From: Candidatus Brocadiia bacterium
GTDB lineage: Bacteria; Planctomycetota; Brocadiia; CAIUPP01
Reading direction: 5' to 3'
Length of the DNA: 64,000 nucleotides
Assembly (NCBI GenBank): GCA_050015075.1
Contig: JBEKCB010000024.1
Span: 1 to 64,000, forward strand
Part shown: positions 53,592-64,000 of the stretch, one piece after another
Numbering within the stretch: the first letter of the stretch is position 1
How the letters are laid out: every line of letters begins with the position of its first letter
The notes under the pieces: model-generated
Told to the model about the DNA's origin: nothing
Seen by the model: only the letters and a program-made list of their open reading frames with translations
Database searches by the model: none
Translations under genes and position numbers: made by a program

Positions 53592-53632
53592 TTATCCGAA
53601 GAGATGATTATGCCGGAATATAATGTCGAACG

Positions 53633-53833
53633 TCAGAGCTTCACGACTTTGTCAGCGCGCGGGCCTTTGGGTCCGGGGGCGAGCTCGAACTCGACCGCCT
53701 GGCCCTCGGCCAGCGTCTTGAAGCCTTCACCGACAATCGCAGTATGATGCACGAACACGTCTTCGCCGTTCTCCTGCGAGATGAAGCCGTAGCCTTTCTG
53801 GTCGCTGAACCATTTGACTTTGCCTTGAGGCAC
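53633..53833 (-). CDS. csp: Cold-shock protein (CspA family)
   Basis: GKVKWF, KGYGFI and DVFVH; [10 protein letters not shown]. Confidence 0.96.
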   Translation of the reverse strand: MPQGKVKWFSDQKGYGFISQENGEDVFVHHTAIVGEGFKTLAEGQAVEFELAPGPKGPRADKVVKL

Positions 53834-54006
53834 CTTTCCTCACCTCCTCTCGAAACCTGTAAAAACCCACCGGCCCGCGAGCGAGGCCGCCTTAAAGTTA
53901 GAAAGCCGCGAGGGCCACGCCCCTGCGGCTTGCCTTTCCACGCGCGACCGATATAAGCGGAATACCGAACATCCACGCCCTCTGCAAACTCATCGGCTGC
54001 GGTACG

Positions 54007-54034
54007 AGTATAGCACGCCGGGCTTCGCAGTCAA
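54007..54034 (-). promoter_or_regulatory. Promoter of csp giving an about 165-nt leader
   Basis: Minus strand TTGACT-N16-TATACT with extended TG. Confidence 0.6.
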
Positions 54035-54161
54035 GGGGCGGCGCGGAATTTTCTTTTGCAGGAGATCGGCGGCGGCCGGGATGGAAAAACGGCCTGCGGT
54101 CGCCGGTCGAAGGCGCAACCGCAGGCCGTTCCTATGCTGCGCAACCGGCGACAGGCGCCGG

Positions 54162-55523
54162 TCAATTCCCCATGTCGAGGCCGGAGGCGCGGTCGAAGAG
54201 GTTCCAGACCAGTTGGCTGGTCGGCGAGCTGATCGTCAGGTCGTCCACGCCGTTGTTGGAACTGTAGGTGGTGCTGACTCCAGTTACAACGTCGTTGTAG
54301 GTGTAGTACCATCGGGTGAAGTTGCGGATCTGGTGGTCCGAGTCATCGTACCACTTGACGTGGTTGTCGCCATAGAGAACGTTGTAGCCGTCCTGGTGGC
54401 ACTTTGACGAGCGGCCGCCGCCATCCGCCACGAACTCGGGTATGCCGGGGATGGCGCCGTTCGCTTTCGGGTTGGCATAGTCGAAGCTGTCCGAGCAGAT
54501 GGCCCGGTCCCCCAGCACGCGGTGGGTCTTGAACGCCGGCGTCATGAACTGGGGAAATATCTGGTAGGGGGAATTCGGGTGTCCCACCGAGTCCAGCGGC
54601 ACGATGCACTGGCCGGGATGCTTCGGATCATCCATGCTCGGATAGCCCGGCTGCGGATCGTTGACGGTTCCAGGATAATAAAAAGGCGTATCGCGGTAGG
54701 CGTAGCTGGAAAGCATGCCGACCACGCTGGGGACGGGCGGCGGAGGCTGCTGGCCTTTCTGCAAGGGCGGCGGCGGCGTCAGAATGGGCGTCAGCGGCGT
54801 CTGCAACAACTGAGTGCCGTCGCCGGTCAGGAACACGTCCTCGGCCGGACCGAGCGGGGGGTTGCCGACGATCTTCTGCCATTCGGCGGCGTCGTAATAG
54901 TATTGGTTTGCGCCGCCGTTGCTGTTGCTGCCATACCAGGTATTGGCGCCGCCTTTCATGGACGGGCAATCGAGCACGCGCGCGTCGCCCAGATAGTTGC
55001 GCGCGAGGAGGATTCCGAGTCCCACCGGCATGAAGTTCGGCTGGTGCACCGGCGGAGTGGTATTCGCCACCACCGACGGCGCCAGATTGTCGGCGGTGAC
55101 TAGCGTCCCGTTGTTGAGAGTCACGGTGGAGGGAAACTCAAAACTGTAGGCGATCATCATGTTCCGGCTGGGGCCCTGGTGGCCCGCGTAATTCAGGAAC
55201 GAATTAGAATTGTCAATATTGCCTGCAGCGTCGCGCCCCGGCCGTACGGTGGCTTGGGTGGAGCCGTAGCTGGCCCAGCTCGGCAGATAGTCGTCCATCG
55301 CTACGCAGTAGATGGCCAGCGTCTTGCCGATCTGGTCGAGGTTGCTCGTGCAATGCGCCCGGCGGGCTTGTTCGCGGGCCTTGGTGAGCGCCGGCAGCAG
55401 CATGCCCGCCAGAATGCCGATGATCGCGATCACGACCAGCATCTCGATCAGCGTAAATGCCCCGGAATGCCTGCGGATCATGCGGCGGAGCTTCCGGTAA
55501 GAAGGCGTGTGGCGCCGGCTCAT
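54162..55523 (-). CDS. Prepilin-type N-terminal cleavage/methylation protein (DUF1559-like)
   Basis: [37 protein letters not shown]; C-terminal [14 protein letters not shown]. Confidence 0.9.
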   Translation of the reverse strand: MSRRHTPSYRKLRRMIRRHSGAFTLIEMLVVIAIIGILAGMLLPALTKAREQARRAHCTSNLDQIGKTLAIYCVAMDDYLPSWASYGSTQATVRPGRDAAGNIDNSNSFLNYAGHQGPSRNMMIAYSFEFPSTVTLNNGTLVTADNLAPSVVANTTPPVHQPNFMPVGLGILLARNYLGDARVLDCPSMKGGANTWYGSNSNGGANQYYYDAAEWQKIVGNPPLGPAEDVFLTGDGTQLLQTPLTPILTPPPPLQKGQQPPPPVPSVVGMLSSYAYRDTPFYYPGTVNDPQPGYPSMDDPKHPGQCIVPLDSVGHPNSPYQIFPQFMTPAFKTHRVLGDRAICSDSFDYANPKANGAIPGIPEFVADGGGRSSKCHQDGYNVLYGDNHVKWYDDSDHQIRNFTRWYYTYNDVVTGVSTTYSSNNGVDDLTISSPTSQLVWNLFDRASGLDMGN

Positions 55524-55861
55524 GAACTTCTCCTTTCAACACTTTCGGGGAACATCCGACCCCTGCTTACTATAATCATAGGGGCGCACAGCCGGACAGT
55601 CAAGCGGAATTCGCGTCGGAGCGCCACGCGCCGGACATCCGGCGAGGCGGCTTCGCTTCGGATGAATCGGAACACAGCGGGGACTTGGCTGACGAAGCGG
55701 TTGCGGCGTATCGGAAACAAGCAGCGGCGGCGGCAGGGCGACTCTTTACGCCGGACCATCGCCGGCTGGTCAGCCGGCACGAATGAAGCGGCGCGCCGGC
55801 GGGGTGCAGACTCTCGGGCACCCCGGCAGGCGCGCCGTTCGCTCTATCAGCCGCGTTGCGG

Positions 55862-56347
55862 TCACTTGGACTCGGGCGGGGGCGTCGTCGGGTTCCACGC
55901 TTCCTTCCCGCACCTCGGGCACTTGTAGTCGTGCAGCACTTTCAACATTGCCTGCCCCTGCGCTTGGCTGTATTCCCGTTGTTCCGGGGTTGGTTGTCCC
56001 CTGACGGTCGCCTTCGCCGGGAGTGGCGGCAGGAGGCTCGCCGGAACCTCCGGCACAGGAATGAGTTGGCCGCACGACGAGCACTTCATCGCTCTCACGA
56101 TCGTATAGTCGCCGGTCTTGGGGTTCTTGAAGTGGCCGGACGAGTCGGCTTTATATTTGCCAGCCCAATCGGAGGATGTCTCTGTGAAAACTTCAAGAGA
56201 CTTCATGTCAATCATTTGGACCTTCTCGTTCTGCCCCGTCGCCAGCACCGCCGGCTCTTCATTCGAGGTCCGCTTCACGGCGAGCACCACTGCGATAACG
56301 ATGACGACGACCAGCACGACCATGATCACGAGCTTCTTACTGTCCAT
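55862..56347 (-). CDS. Membrane-anchored hypothetical protein with two CxxC motifs
   Basis: N-terminal TM, CSSCG and CPRCG; GAGG RBS. Confidence 0.7.
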   Translation of the reverse strand: MDSKKLVIMVVLVVVIVIAVVLAVKRTSNEEPAVLATGQNEKVQMIDMKSLEVFTETSSDWAGKYKADSSGHFKNPKTGDYTIVRAMKCSSCGQLIPVPEVPASLLPPLPAKATVRGQPTPEQREYSQAQGQAMLKVLHDYKCPRCGKEAWNPTTPPPESK

Positions 56348-56754
56348 ACCTCATTTCCTCCCATAAGTTCCCGCGGAATCCAACTGCACCCACTATACAC
56401 ACGGCCCATTACCGGAATGTGACGCTCAAACTTTCCCCTTCAGCCCGCCTGAGAATAGTCGGTGTCTTGAGCGCGGTCGAAAAACCACGGATTGCGTTCC
56501 CTTGTCCGCTGCCCATGATGCGCAACGCCGCAGCCTTTTCGTTTCCGACCTGTTACATGTTATCTTTGCGTGAAGGAATAGTCAACCTTTTAATGGCAGA
56601 TTTTGGCGGCAATGTCGGGTCCTGTCATCGGCGATTTGCCTGCGCGGCATGGCCTGTTGGAGTTGGCGTTTCCGGCCGGCCTCGGCATTGCCGTTCTTGC
56701 CGTATCGTGCTATAAAATGATTCCCGTCGCCGCCAACGCCGCACGGGTACTTCC

Positions 56755-57564
56755 ATGGGTTTACAGCCTTGCGACCATTGCGGAAAACCCATCACCGGCA
56801 GAGGCAAGCGTTACTGCTCCATCGCCTGTTTCTACGCGCACCGGCGCGCTGAGGGCAAGTGCGCCGTTTGCCGCAATTGCGGCCGCGAGTACCGCCCGCG
56901 CCACGGCGCCCGGCAGCCGAAGTTCTGCTCGCCGGCCTGTTTCGAAGCCCACCGCCGCGCGAATCCGCGGCAGTACTGGACCCGTCTGCGCCTGCGCGTC
57001 CAATGCGAAAGCTGCGGCTGCGAATTCGAAAAGAAACAGAGCCAGTGCCGCGTCAGCGCGCACCATTTCTGCTCGCGCGCCTGCGCCAACCGCGCCCACT
57101 CGCGCGCGGTCAGGGAGAACCCGCAGGCGTACCGCGCCGGCCGGACCGCCGCCGTGTGCCAGGGCTGCGGGAAAACGTTCCACGTCGCCCGATACCGGGC
57201 CGCCACCGCCCGGTACTGCTCGAAAGCCTGCATGTTCATCCATCGCTTCGCGCCGAAGGGCGGCGGGGGCGCGCCGGAGCGGGCCGGCTCGAATAACCTC
57301 CACACCGCGCGCGACAGCGCTCGCAGGCACCTGGGCGAGAAGTGCCTGCTCTGCGGCTTCGATGTCTTCGTCGAGACCCATCACATCGTCGCGCGGCGCG
57401 ACGGCGGCACCAACCGGATCGAGAACCTGAGCATCCTCTGTCCGAACCATCACAAGATGGCGCACCTCGGGTTCATCGCCCCTGCAGAGCTGAAGCGTCT
57501 GACGCTCGCCGCCCTCGCCCGCCGCTCCGGCCGCCTGCCGCTGTTCGAGCCGCCGGGCGGATGA
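56755..57564 (+). CDS. HNH endonuclease with four N-terminal zinc fingers
   Basis: Repeated CxxCG...(Y/F)CSxxC; CLLCG...HHI...GGTNRIENLSILCPNHH. Confidence 0.88.
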   Translation: MGLQPCDHCGKPITGRGKRYCSIACFYAHRRAEGKCAVCRNCGREYRPRHGARQPKFCSPACFEAHRRANPRQYWTRLRLRVQCESCGCEFEKKQSQCRVSAHHFCSRACANRAHSRAVRENPQAYRAGRTAAVCQGCGKTFHVARYRAATARYCSKACMFIHRFAPKGGGGAPERAGSNNLHTARDSARRHLGEKCLLCGFDVFVETHHIVARRDGGTNRIENLSILCPNHHKMAHLGFIAPAELKRLTLAALARRSGRLPLFEPPGG

Positions 57565-57609
57565 GGCGAGTATCCGCAAGTGATCTGCTTGCCCCACTAA
57601 AAGTTCCGC

Positions 57610-58020
57610 TCAGCGGAGATGGAGAACCGCTTTGGCTGCAAGCAATTGTGCGATACTTTTCCTCTCCGATTTCTCAGCGGGCCAACCGGTAATGTGAGCA
57701 TGGTTTGGGCAATCAGCATCCGGCGCGGCTTCGGTATGCAAGGCCTGCTTCGAGACGTCGTAAACATGTAGGTCTGCTCGGCCATGCAGGATCACTCGCG
57801 GGTTCGTCTTGGCCGCTTCGTCAGCAATTCTTTGACCGACTTTCCACAGTTCATCTTCCGACAGGCTGATGTGGCGAATGACGGAAAGTTGAAGATCAGG
57901 GGGCGGGATGAAGGCGTCTGGCTTTACGGTCCGGTCCGTTCGCCTGAACCATCGTTCAAACTTGATGAAGCGGGCCAGCAACTCGTCGGCGGCAACTGGC
58001 TGGAGGGCTGTTTCGCTCAT
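57610..58020 (-). CDS. Hypothetical protein, ADP-ribosyltransferase/RES-like motif pattern
   Basis: ELLARF, KPDAF, LSV and NHAHITGWP; ATGA coupling. Confidence 0.65.
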   Translation of the reverse strand: MSETALQPVAADELLARFIKFERWFRRTDRTVKPDAFIPPPDLQLSVIRHISLSEDELWKVGQRIADEAAKTNPRVILHGRADLHVYDVSKQALHTEAAPDADCPNHAHITGWPAEKSERKSIAQLLAAKAVLHLR

Positions 58021-58502
58021 GCAGCATAAACTTGCTGAATCAGGTTCAGAATAGCCGGCGGGACATCAGCGACGAATGGTTCTGTGCCGAAGGCTTTGCT
58101 ATCGTTGAACAATGCGGCGTAATGCAGATAGCCATCGGGGCCAACGCTGACCGACAGAGTGCGCCGAGGGGCGACGTACCATTCGAGCGCCAGCTCACCA
58201 TCTGCCTCTGCACCAACCGACGGAGTGGGCGTTCTCAACGAAAGCGACTCCAGAAACCGGCTTGCAATGCGATAGGTTTCATCCTTGATGGCTGCGGCAC
58301 CGTAACCGTCCCAATTCCCCTCTCGGCATTGCTCGTAGATGACGCACAGTTCGTCGAAGACACCGCCGAAATAAACGGACCGCTGCAGATGCTCGCGGCT
58401 TTGATCGCACTGCCTTGCGACGAACCCCGCCGCCGGACTGGTAGCACGTGACGGATTCGGTTTACACATGAGCGAAGCGGACAGAACCACTTCTGGGATC
58501 AT
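58017..58502 (-). CDS. Hypothetical protein
   Basis: NWDGYGAAAI...ADGELALEW; ATGA overlaps on both sides. Confidence 0.7.
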   Translation of the reverse strand: MIPEVVLSASLMCKPNPSRATSPAAGFVARQCDQSREHLQRSVYFGGVFDELCVIYEQCREGNWDGYGAAAIKDETYRIASRFLESLSLRTPTPSVGAEADGELALEWYVAPRRTLSVSVGPDGYLHYAALFNDSKAFGTEPFVADVPPAILNLIQQVYAA

Positions 58503-59263
58503 GTGAAAATCCCTTTCGTTTTCGGTGTAATACTGTCAAAAAAGACCCTGTTTTTCAACCACTGCATCTCGACCAGTCGTTTCTTGAGCGGCGCTTCGTC
58601 CAAATCCATCGGCTCGTAGATAAAAACATCGATGTCCAGGATGAGGGGGACCTTCGCTGGCGTTCCTTCGGCCGGTTGCATGGTTCGAATGAGGTTTACC
58701 ATGTAACTGGTCTCCGGCAGCCGCAACGCGTCTTGATGCAAGAACCACCCGCGAGCCAACCCCAACGATGCCAAAGGCTGCGGCGAGCCAATCAGGTAAT
58801 CTTCCAGCCGGAAACCGTCATTGGGGAACAACATCCGGTTAATGAACCGAACGCCTATTCGTTGGATCACATCGGGAAGGGTAAGTTCGACGTAGGCCTT
58901 CCACAACCGAAGCGCCTCTTCCTCAAACGCTTTCCAATTTTGGTACGGCTCCAGTCTGCTGAACGCGAAACCATCCTTCTCAAACTTCGCTACGTTGTGT
59001 TGATCCTTCGACCAAAACTGCAGCCCGGTCCAACCGATATCAACGACGCGGTGTTCAGGGAGCTTTCCCGCTTCCGCCGTCAGCTGCCCCTGAAACTGTC
59101 GCAACTGCTGCGCGGTTGGATAATCCGGCAACTTCTCCTTCAGGCGTTTCTGAAAGGCCTCCTGATCCCAGGGCACTGACGGCTTGGCGCGCAGGTCAAT
59201 AACCGCCTCGACAATCGGAGCGCGCGGCAGATGCGGAAACGTTTCTGAAAAATCAATGTTCAT
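58499..59263 (-). CDS. TIGR04255 family protein
   Basis: HLPRAPIVEAVIDLR, YQNW, RIGVRFINR, ILDIDV and KNRVFFDSIT. Confidence 0.85.
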   Translation of the reverse strand: MNIDFSETFPHLPRAPIVEAVIDLRAKPSVPWDQEAFQKRLKEKLPDYPTAQQLRQFQGQLTAEAGKLPEHRVVDIGWTGLQFWSKDQHNVAKFEKDGFAFSRLEPYQNWKAFEEEALRLWKAYVELTLPDVIQRIGVRFINRMLFPNDGFRLEDYLIGSPQPLASLGLARGWFLHQDALRLPETSYMVNLIRTMQPAEGTPAKVPLILDIDVFIYEPMDLDEAPLKKRLVEMQWLKNRVFFDSITPKTKGIFT

Positions 59264-59398
59264 GGAATTGGAGGTGATTCTATCATATTGAAGGACGGAT
59301 TTGAAAGCGTCGCGGCGTACTCGTCGTCGGGCTGCCCACCTCAGCGGCCGAGGCCGAGGGCGACGACGAGGACGAGTACGACATGCGCAGAATACTTT

Positions 59399-60766
59399 TC
59401 ACTTCGTCCGCTTGATGATGTGGAACCCGAACGGGGTCTCGACCACGCCGGAGATCTCGCCGACCTTGAGTTGGAAGGCGGCGTCCTCGAAGGGCTTGGC
59501 CATGGCGCCTTTCTTGAACGCGCCCAGGTCGCCGCCGCGCTCCTTGGCGCCGGGCTCGTCGGAGTATTCCCTGGCCAGCGCCGCGAAGTCCGCGCCGGGG
59601 GCCTGGGCTTTGGCCAGGACCTCATCGGCCAGTTTCCGCGCCTCCTCTTTGGTCCGCGTCGCCGAGGAACGCTCCGCGCCCTGGTAGCTGATCAGGATGT
59701 GACTGGCGGCGATCTCGTCGGTGGGGATGTCCTCGACGAGGTCGCTGAGCGGATGGCGCATCTTCTCCGCGGTCCAACCGGGCAGTTCATAGACCCACGG
59801 CGCGTTTCGCGGAGTGAAGTCGCGCGCTTTCTCCACGGCCTGCAGCAGGGCGTCTTTCTTCTTCAGTTCCTGCTCGGCCTCGGTCGGGGTGATCTGGACG
59901 CTCTCAATGTTCGGCGCGGAGGCGGAGAACTTCGCGTAATACTGGTCTCCCTTTTTCGCGAGCTGGACGGTGTAGACCAGGTTGCTGGCGAGCCGGCAGG
60001 TGTAGGTCGTGTCCCATTCCAGCGGCATCTTGTCGGCGGGGGAGACGTCGCTGAACTCCAGGTCGGTCAGCGCCGTGGCTACGGTGTCGCAGACGGAGGA
60101 CTTCGCGCGCTTCCCCTCGGGGATTTTTTCCAGCGTCACGACGCCCTTCTCGTCGCGCGAGAGGGCGTACTGGTCCTTTCCGGTCTGGACCTCGACGCGC
60201 CGGATGTCGTCCGCCTTGACGTCAATGATCTTCTTGTCGAGATAAGCCATCGGCGTCGGGTCAATCGCCGGGTTGGTCTCGGAGGCGTAGACGGCGCTCT
60301 GGTCGAGCAGCCGCACGTACGCGCCGCCGCCCTCGGCGTTCTTGCCGCGCACGAAGCCGAACAGCGTGCCGCCGGAGCTGTCCTTGAACGTCACCGCGAC
60401 CGCGTCGTCGGCGCCTTCCTCGACGCCCAGTTCCCGGTAGTTCTCCTTCGCGTCGGTCACCTTCGACCGGCACCGGATTTCCAGGCAGGCGAGCAGCAGC
60501 TCGTTGATCCGCTTCACCGACGCGGGATAGTCGTTCCGCTCGGCCAGGACGAAGCCTTTGTCCGGGCGGCGCTCCAGCGTGACGGTTTCCTTGCCATGAA
60601 CGATGGAGATCGTCTGGATCTTCTCCGGCGCAACGCCCTGGATCAGCAGCGAGCCGGGCTGGAATTCCTGCTTCGCGGGGCGGTTGCCGGAATACAGGGC
60701 GAGCACGGCGACGACCATTGCGGCCGTCACGGCCAACAGGACGGCGAGGCTCTTGTTGCCGGTCAT
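59399..60766 (-). CDS. DUF4340 protein fused to a parvulin/PpiC peptidyl-prolyl isomerase
   Basis: [21 protein letters not shown] and TPFGFHII; follows the GldG-like gene. Confidence 0.85.
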   Translation of the reverse strand: MTGNKSLAVLLAVTAAMVVAVLALYSGNRPAKQEFQPGSLLIQGVAPEKIQTISIVHGKETVTLERRPDKGFVLAERNDYPASVKRINELLLACLEIRCRSKVTDAKENYRELGVEEGADDAVAVTFKDSSGGTLFGFVRGKNAEGGGAYVRLLDQSAVYASETNPAIDPTPMAYLDKKIIDVKADDIRRVEVQTGKDQYALSRDEKGVVTLEKIPEGKRAKSSVCDTVATALTDLEFSDVSPADKMPLEWDTTYTCRLASNLVYTVQLAKKGDQYYAKFSASAPNIESVQITPTEAEQELKKKDALLQAVEKARDFTPRNAPWVYELPGWTAEKMRHPLSDLVEDIPTDEIAASHILISYQGAERSSATRTKEEARKLADEVLAKAQAPGADFAALAREYSDEPGAKERGGDLGAFKKGAMAKPFEDAAFQLKVGEISGVVETPFGFHIIKRTK

Positions 60767-62724
60767 CAGGATGCCCTCCGAGCGATGTAGCGTCGCGCGC
60801 GAACGAAGCGGACGACGGCCAGGACGATGGCGATGAGAAGGACGGCGGCCGGCGCCCAGACGAGGTTGTGAGTCTCGATCTTCACGCCGAGCGCTTCGAT
60901 CCGCGAGCGTTTCCCCGCGTTCAGGCGGCGCAGCTCCTTTTGGGCCTGGCGGATGTCCTCCTCCACCTTCTTGCGTTGAGCGACCGCTTCGCCGGCGATC
61001 AGTTTCTCGTTGCCCTCCGTGGCCGACGCGCCCAGCTTGGCGAGCTGGTCCTGATACGCTTTGATCCGCTCGTTGAGCGCATTGACCTGGTCGCCGGTGG
61101 CGGCTTCGGCTTCGCGGTCAATCCGGTCCACCACCGTGAACGGCCGGTTGAAGCCGCCGCGCGAGCGGATGGCGATCAAGTCGGACGACCCGGCGAGGAA
61201 ATCCAGCGCGTTGGAGACCAGCGGCGCATTGTCGCCCTGTTGCTCGGCGCCGAAGAACGCCTCGCGGTACGCCACCATGTCCGAGATCATGTCCACGTCC
61301 GCGAAGACCAGGATCACGCCCTCGCCGGGCGCTTCCTTGACCGCCTCGACCGTCTTCGGCTTGGGCTCCTCGGTGGGCTTGCCGTTCGGCGGCGCAGGCT
61401 CCTTCTTCTCTTCGACCGGGAGCCCGTTCGGGAAGTTGGTCCGGAACTTTCCGGTGATGCGGCACGCCAGCATGAGGGGCTTCGTGCCGTCCGTAACCGC
61501 GCGGCGGATGGCCTCCGGGTTCGGCGAGGTCAATTCCCATGGCCCGGCGGGTTTCCACGCGTTGCCGGTGGAGGTGGTGGTCAGGAGCGGCGTCACCTTG
61601 ACGCCGGCCGTCTCCACCTCCTTGAGCACGCCGGCGAACAGCACCCGCACGTCGTGCAGCGGCGCCGTGATGACTTCCTTCCGGTTGAAGCAGTCGTCCT
61701 GGAGCAGCATGTACGGCAGCAGCGGCGAGGGCGGCTCGTTCGGCCCGAGCGAAGCCTTGATCGCGAGCAGGCGGTCCACCGCGATCTCGCCGGGCGCCAT
61801 CTCCACGCCCCAGCCGCGCAGCAGCGCGTTCAGGTCCGACGACCTCTTCGGCTCCGACATCTCGGAGGGTTCCTGCGTCCGCGGCTGGTCCGCCACGCAG
61901 AAGGGGTCAACGAACACCATCAGCCGCCCGCCCTTCATGACGAACTGGTCAATGGCGAAGAGAGTTTTCTTCGGCAGGTCCTTCGGGTGAACGACCATCA
62001 GGAAGTCCAGGCCCGCCGGAATGGCGTCCGCGTCCGCCGGGACGGTCTCGATGTCGTACGTCTCGCGCAGTTCCGTGATGATCGTCCACGGTTTCGGCAT
62101 CTCGCGCCCCTGCATGCGCATCATCTGCATCAGGTACGGCGACATCTCCGGCCCGGCCAGCTCCAGCGAGGAAAGCACGCCCACCTTTTTCTTGTCGCGC
62201 AGGACGGCGGTGGAGATGAGCTTCGAGATGTCGTACTCCACGAAGTCCTGCCGCTCCGGCTCGAAGAAGGGGATCACCTTGACCTTCCCGAACGCCGTCT
62301 GCGCCACCAGCCCGAAGAAGAAGACGTCGTCCTCCGAAAGCGCGAAGCGCTTGACGCCCGCCTGCAGAGCCTCTTCCTCCGCGTCGGAATACTGGCGCGG
62401 GTCCAGGACCTCCAGCTTGAGTTTGCCGCCGGAGAGCTTAACGTATTCCTCCAGCAGGTCGCGCACGTACAGGTAGTAGCTGTTGAAGAACCGGATCGCG
62501 TCGGGGCCTTTCATCGCCGCCGTGCGGCTGTAATACAGCTTCAGCGTCAGCGGCTGGTTGAGCTGGCCGAGGATATGGCGCGTCCCGGGCGACAAGGTGT
62601 AAATCTTCTCCTGCGTCAAATCCACCCGCACGCCGCGGACGGTCTTCTGGAGGACCAGGATCAGGCAAAGCGCGATGACCAGGACGCAGATGACGGCCAG
62701 GGCGGTTCGAATCGTCTTGCTCAT
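60766..62724 (-). CDS. GldG-like ABC-associated protein
   Basis: [30 protein letters not shown] and LIAIRSR. Confidence 0.88.
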   Translation of the reverse strand: MSKTIRTALAVICVLVIALCLILVLQKTVRGVRVDLTQEKIYTLSPGTRHILGQLNQPLTLKLYYSRTAAMKGPDAIRFFNSYYLYVRDLLEEYVKLSGGKLKLEVLDPRQYSDAEEEALQAGVKRFALSEDDVFFFGLVAQTAFGKVKVIPFFEPERQDFVEYDISKLISTAVLRDKKKVGVLSSLELAGPEMSPYLMQMMRMQGREMPKPWTIITELRETYDIETVPADADAIPAGLDFLMVVHPKDLPKKTLFAIDQFVMKGGRLMVFVDPFCVADQPRTQEPSEMSEPKRSSDLNALLRGWGVEMAPGEIAVDRLLAIKASLGPNEPPSPLLPYMLLQDDCFNRKEVITAPLHDVRVLFAGVLKEVETAGVKVTPLLTTTSTGNAWKPAGPWELTSPNPEAIRRAVTDGTKPLMLACRITGKFRTNFPNGLPVEEKKEPAPPNGKPTEEPKPKTVEAVKEAPGEGVILVFADVDMISDMVAYREAFFGAEQQGDNAPLVSNALDFLAGSSDLIAIRSRGGFNRPFTVVDRIDREAEAATGDQVNALNERIKAYQDQLAKLGASATEGNEKLIAGEAVAQRKKVEEDIRQAQKELRRLNAGKRSRIEALGVKIETHNLVWAPAAVLLIAIVLAVVRFVRARRYIARRAS

Positions 62725-63455
62725 CCGGCAGCCATCCTTTCTTTGAGGGTCAGAACATTCGCGCAGAGCCAGGCCGCGCCGAGGATCACGAAGAACGCCA
62801 CGTCGCGCAGGTCCAGCACGCCGCGCATGAGCGACTCAAACCGCAGTTGGATGCTCAGGCTTTCGATCACCTCGACGCCCTTGAGCGGGATGAAGCCGCT
62901 CAGGAAGTCCATCGCCGCCGGGCTGCTCGCGTACAGGAACAGCGCGCACGCGACGACCGACAGCACGAAGGCGATCACCTGGTTGCGCGTCAGCGACGAG
63001 AAAAAGCTGCCGATCGCCAGGTACGCGCCGGCCAGCAGCATCGTCCCGAAGTACCCGCCGATGATCGGCCCGGGATCCGGCTGTCCCAGGTAGCAGACGG
63101 TGATCACCATCGGGCAGGTCAGGACCAGCGCCAGCGCGATCACGGTCCAGGCGGCGAAAAATTTCCCCAGCACGGCCTGCGTGACCGTCAGCGGCAGGGT
63201 CATGAGCAGCTCGATCGAGTTCGTGCGCCGCTCCTCGGCCCACAGCCGCATGGCCATCGCCGGCGCCAGGAAGATGAACAGCAGCGGCATGTTCATGAAG
63301 AAGAGCCGCAGCGACGCGATGCGCATCTCGTAGAAACCGTGCTGGAACGTCATGAAGCTCGCGAAGAGGAGGAAGATGACCAGGAACACGTACGCCAGCG
63401 GCGTGGAGAAATAGCCGCGCAGCTCGCGCTTGAAAATACTGACGAACCCTTTCAT
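62721..63455 (-). CDS. GldF-like ABC-2 permease
   Basis: KRELRGYFSTPLAY, MRLWAEERR, GKF and TRNQVIAF. Confidence 0.9.
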   Translation of the reverse strand: MKGFVSIFKRELRGYFSTPLAYVFLVIFLLFASFMTFQHGFYEMRIASLRLFFMNMPLLFIFLAPAMAMRLWAEERRTNSIELLMTLPLTVTQAVLGKFFAAWTVIALALVLTCPMVITVCYLGQPDPGPIIGGYFGTMLLAGAYLAIGSFFSSLTRNQVIAFVLSVVACALFLYASSPAAMDFLSGFIPLKGVEVIESLSIQLRFESLMRGVLDLRDVAFFVILGAAWLCANVLTLKERMAAG

Positions 63456-64000
63456 GGCCTGCCTCCCGCCGCGCGGAGGTTGAGCGAGCCCGCCGCGCGG
63501 TTTACGTCCCGCGTGGTCAGCTTGCGGAAAATCTCGTCCAGCGTGCCGCCCTCGCGCTGCCGGAGCGCATCCGGCGTCGTATCCTCCAGGATGCGGCCCC
63601 GCGCGATAATGATGATCCGCGTGCAGATCGCGTCCACTTCCTCCAGGACGTGCGTGCTGATGATCATGCACTTCTCCCGCGCCATGCGCCGGATGAGCTG
63701 GCGCACCTCGTGCTTCTGGTTCGGGTCGAGTCCGTCGGTCGGCTCGTCCAGGATCAGGATGGCCGGATCGTGCACCAGCGCCTGCGCCAGCCCCACGCGC
63801 CGGCGGTAGCCCTTCGACAGCGTGCCGATCGGCTGGTGCATCACCCCGGTCAGCGCGCAGGTCTCGGCGACGCGGTCAATGGCCGCGGCGCGCTCCCTGC
63901 CGCGGATGTCCCGAGCGTCGCAGATGAACCTCAGGAAGCTTTCCGCGGTCATCTCGTCATACGCCGGCACGTTCTCGGCCAGGTAGCCGGTGCGCCGCCG
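63452..64000 (-). CDS. GldA-like ABC ATP-binding protein (5' part outside the window)
   Basis: LSKGYRRRVGLAQA, ILDEPTDGLDP and STH. Confidence 0.92.
   Translation of the reverse strand, partial: RRRTGYLAENVPAYDEMTAESFLRFICDARDIRGRERAAAIDRVAETCALTGVMHQPIGTLSKGYRRRVGLAQALVHDPAILILDEPTDGLDPNQKHEVRQLIRRMAREKCMIISTHVLEEVDAICTRIIIIARGRILEDTTPDALRQREGGTLDEIFRKLTTRDVNRAAGSLNLRAAGGRP

Noticed and set aside
60718-63093. 791-aa plus-strand ORF
   Set aside because: Antisense shadow of the Gld-like operon

Overview
A GC-rich bacterial chromosomal segment, most likely Planctomycetota/PVC. This is inferred from a DUF1559 prepilin-like protein, an M56-LRR fusion, a long GreA fusion and a topoisomerase VI A subunit. 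The housekeeping backbone includes gap-pgk-rpe-accD, rnpA-yidD, rpsO-pnp, queC/queE, glnS, gltX, a cold-shock gene and a Gld-like ABC operon, plus a canonical parS site. Several small accessory islets interrupt it: (1) a coupled ParB/Srx-like + PD-(D/E)xK-like + SPPY DNA methyltransferase cassette, a candidate defence system; (2) a PadR gene with seven copies of a CTAG-bounded palindrome, six in a downstream array that stays in frame with PadR; (3) a TIGR04255 / unknown / ART-like three-gene cassette facing an HNH gene; (4) three type II TA pairs, one inserted by duplicating the glnS 3' end; (5) a truncated Fe-S / DUF523 / DUF1848 / SPL-like cluster. A MITE with a 6-bp target duplication and several REP-like repeat families are also present. 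No rRNA, tRNA or CRISPR array was recognised. All family calls come from reading motifs by eye, not from database searches.
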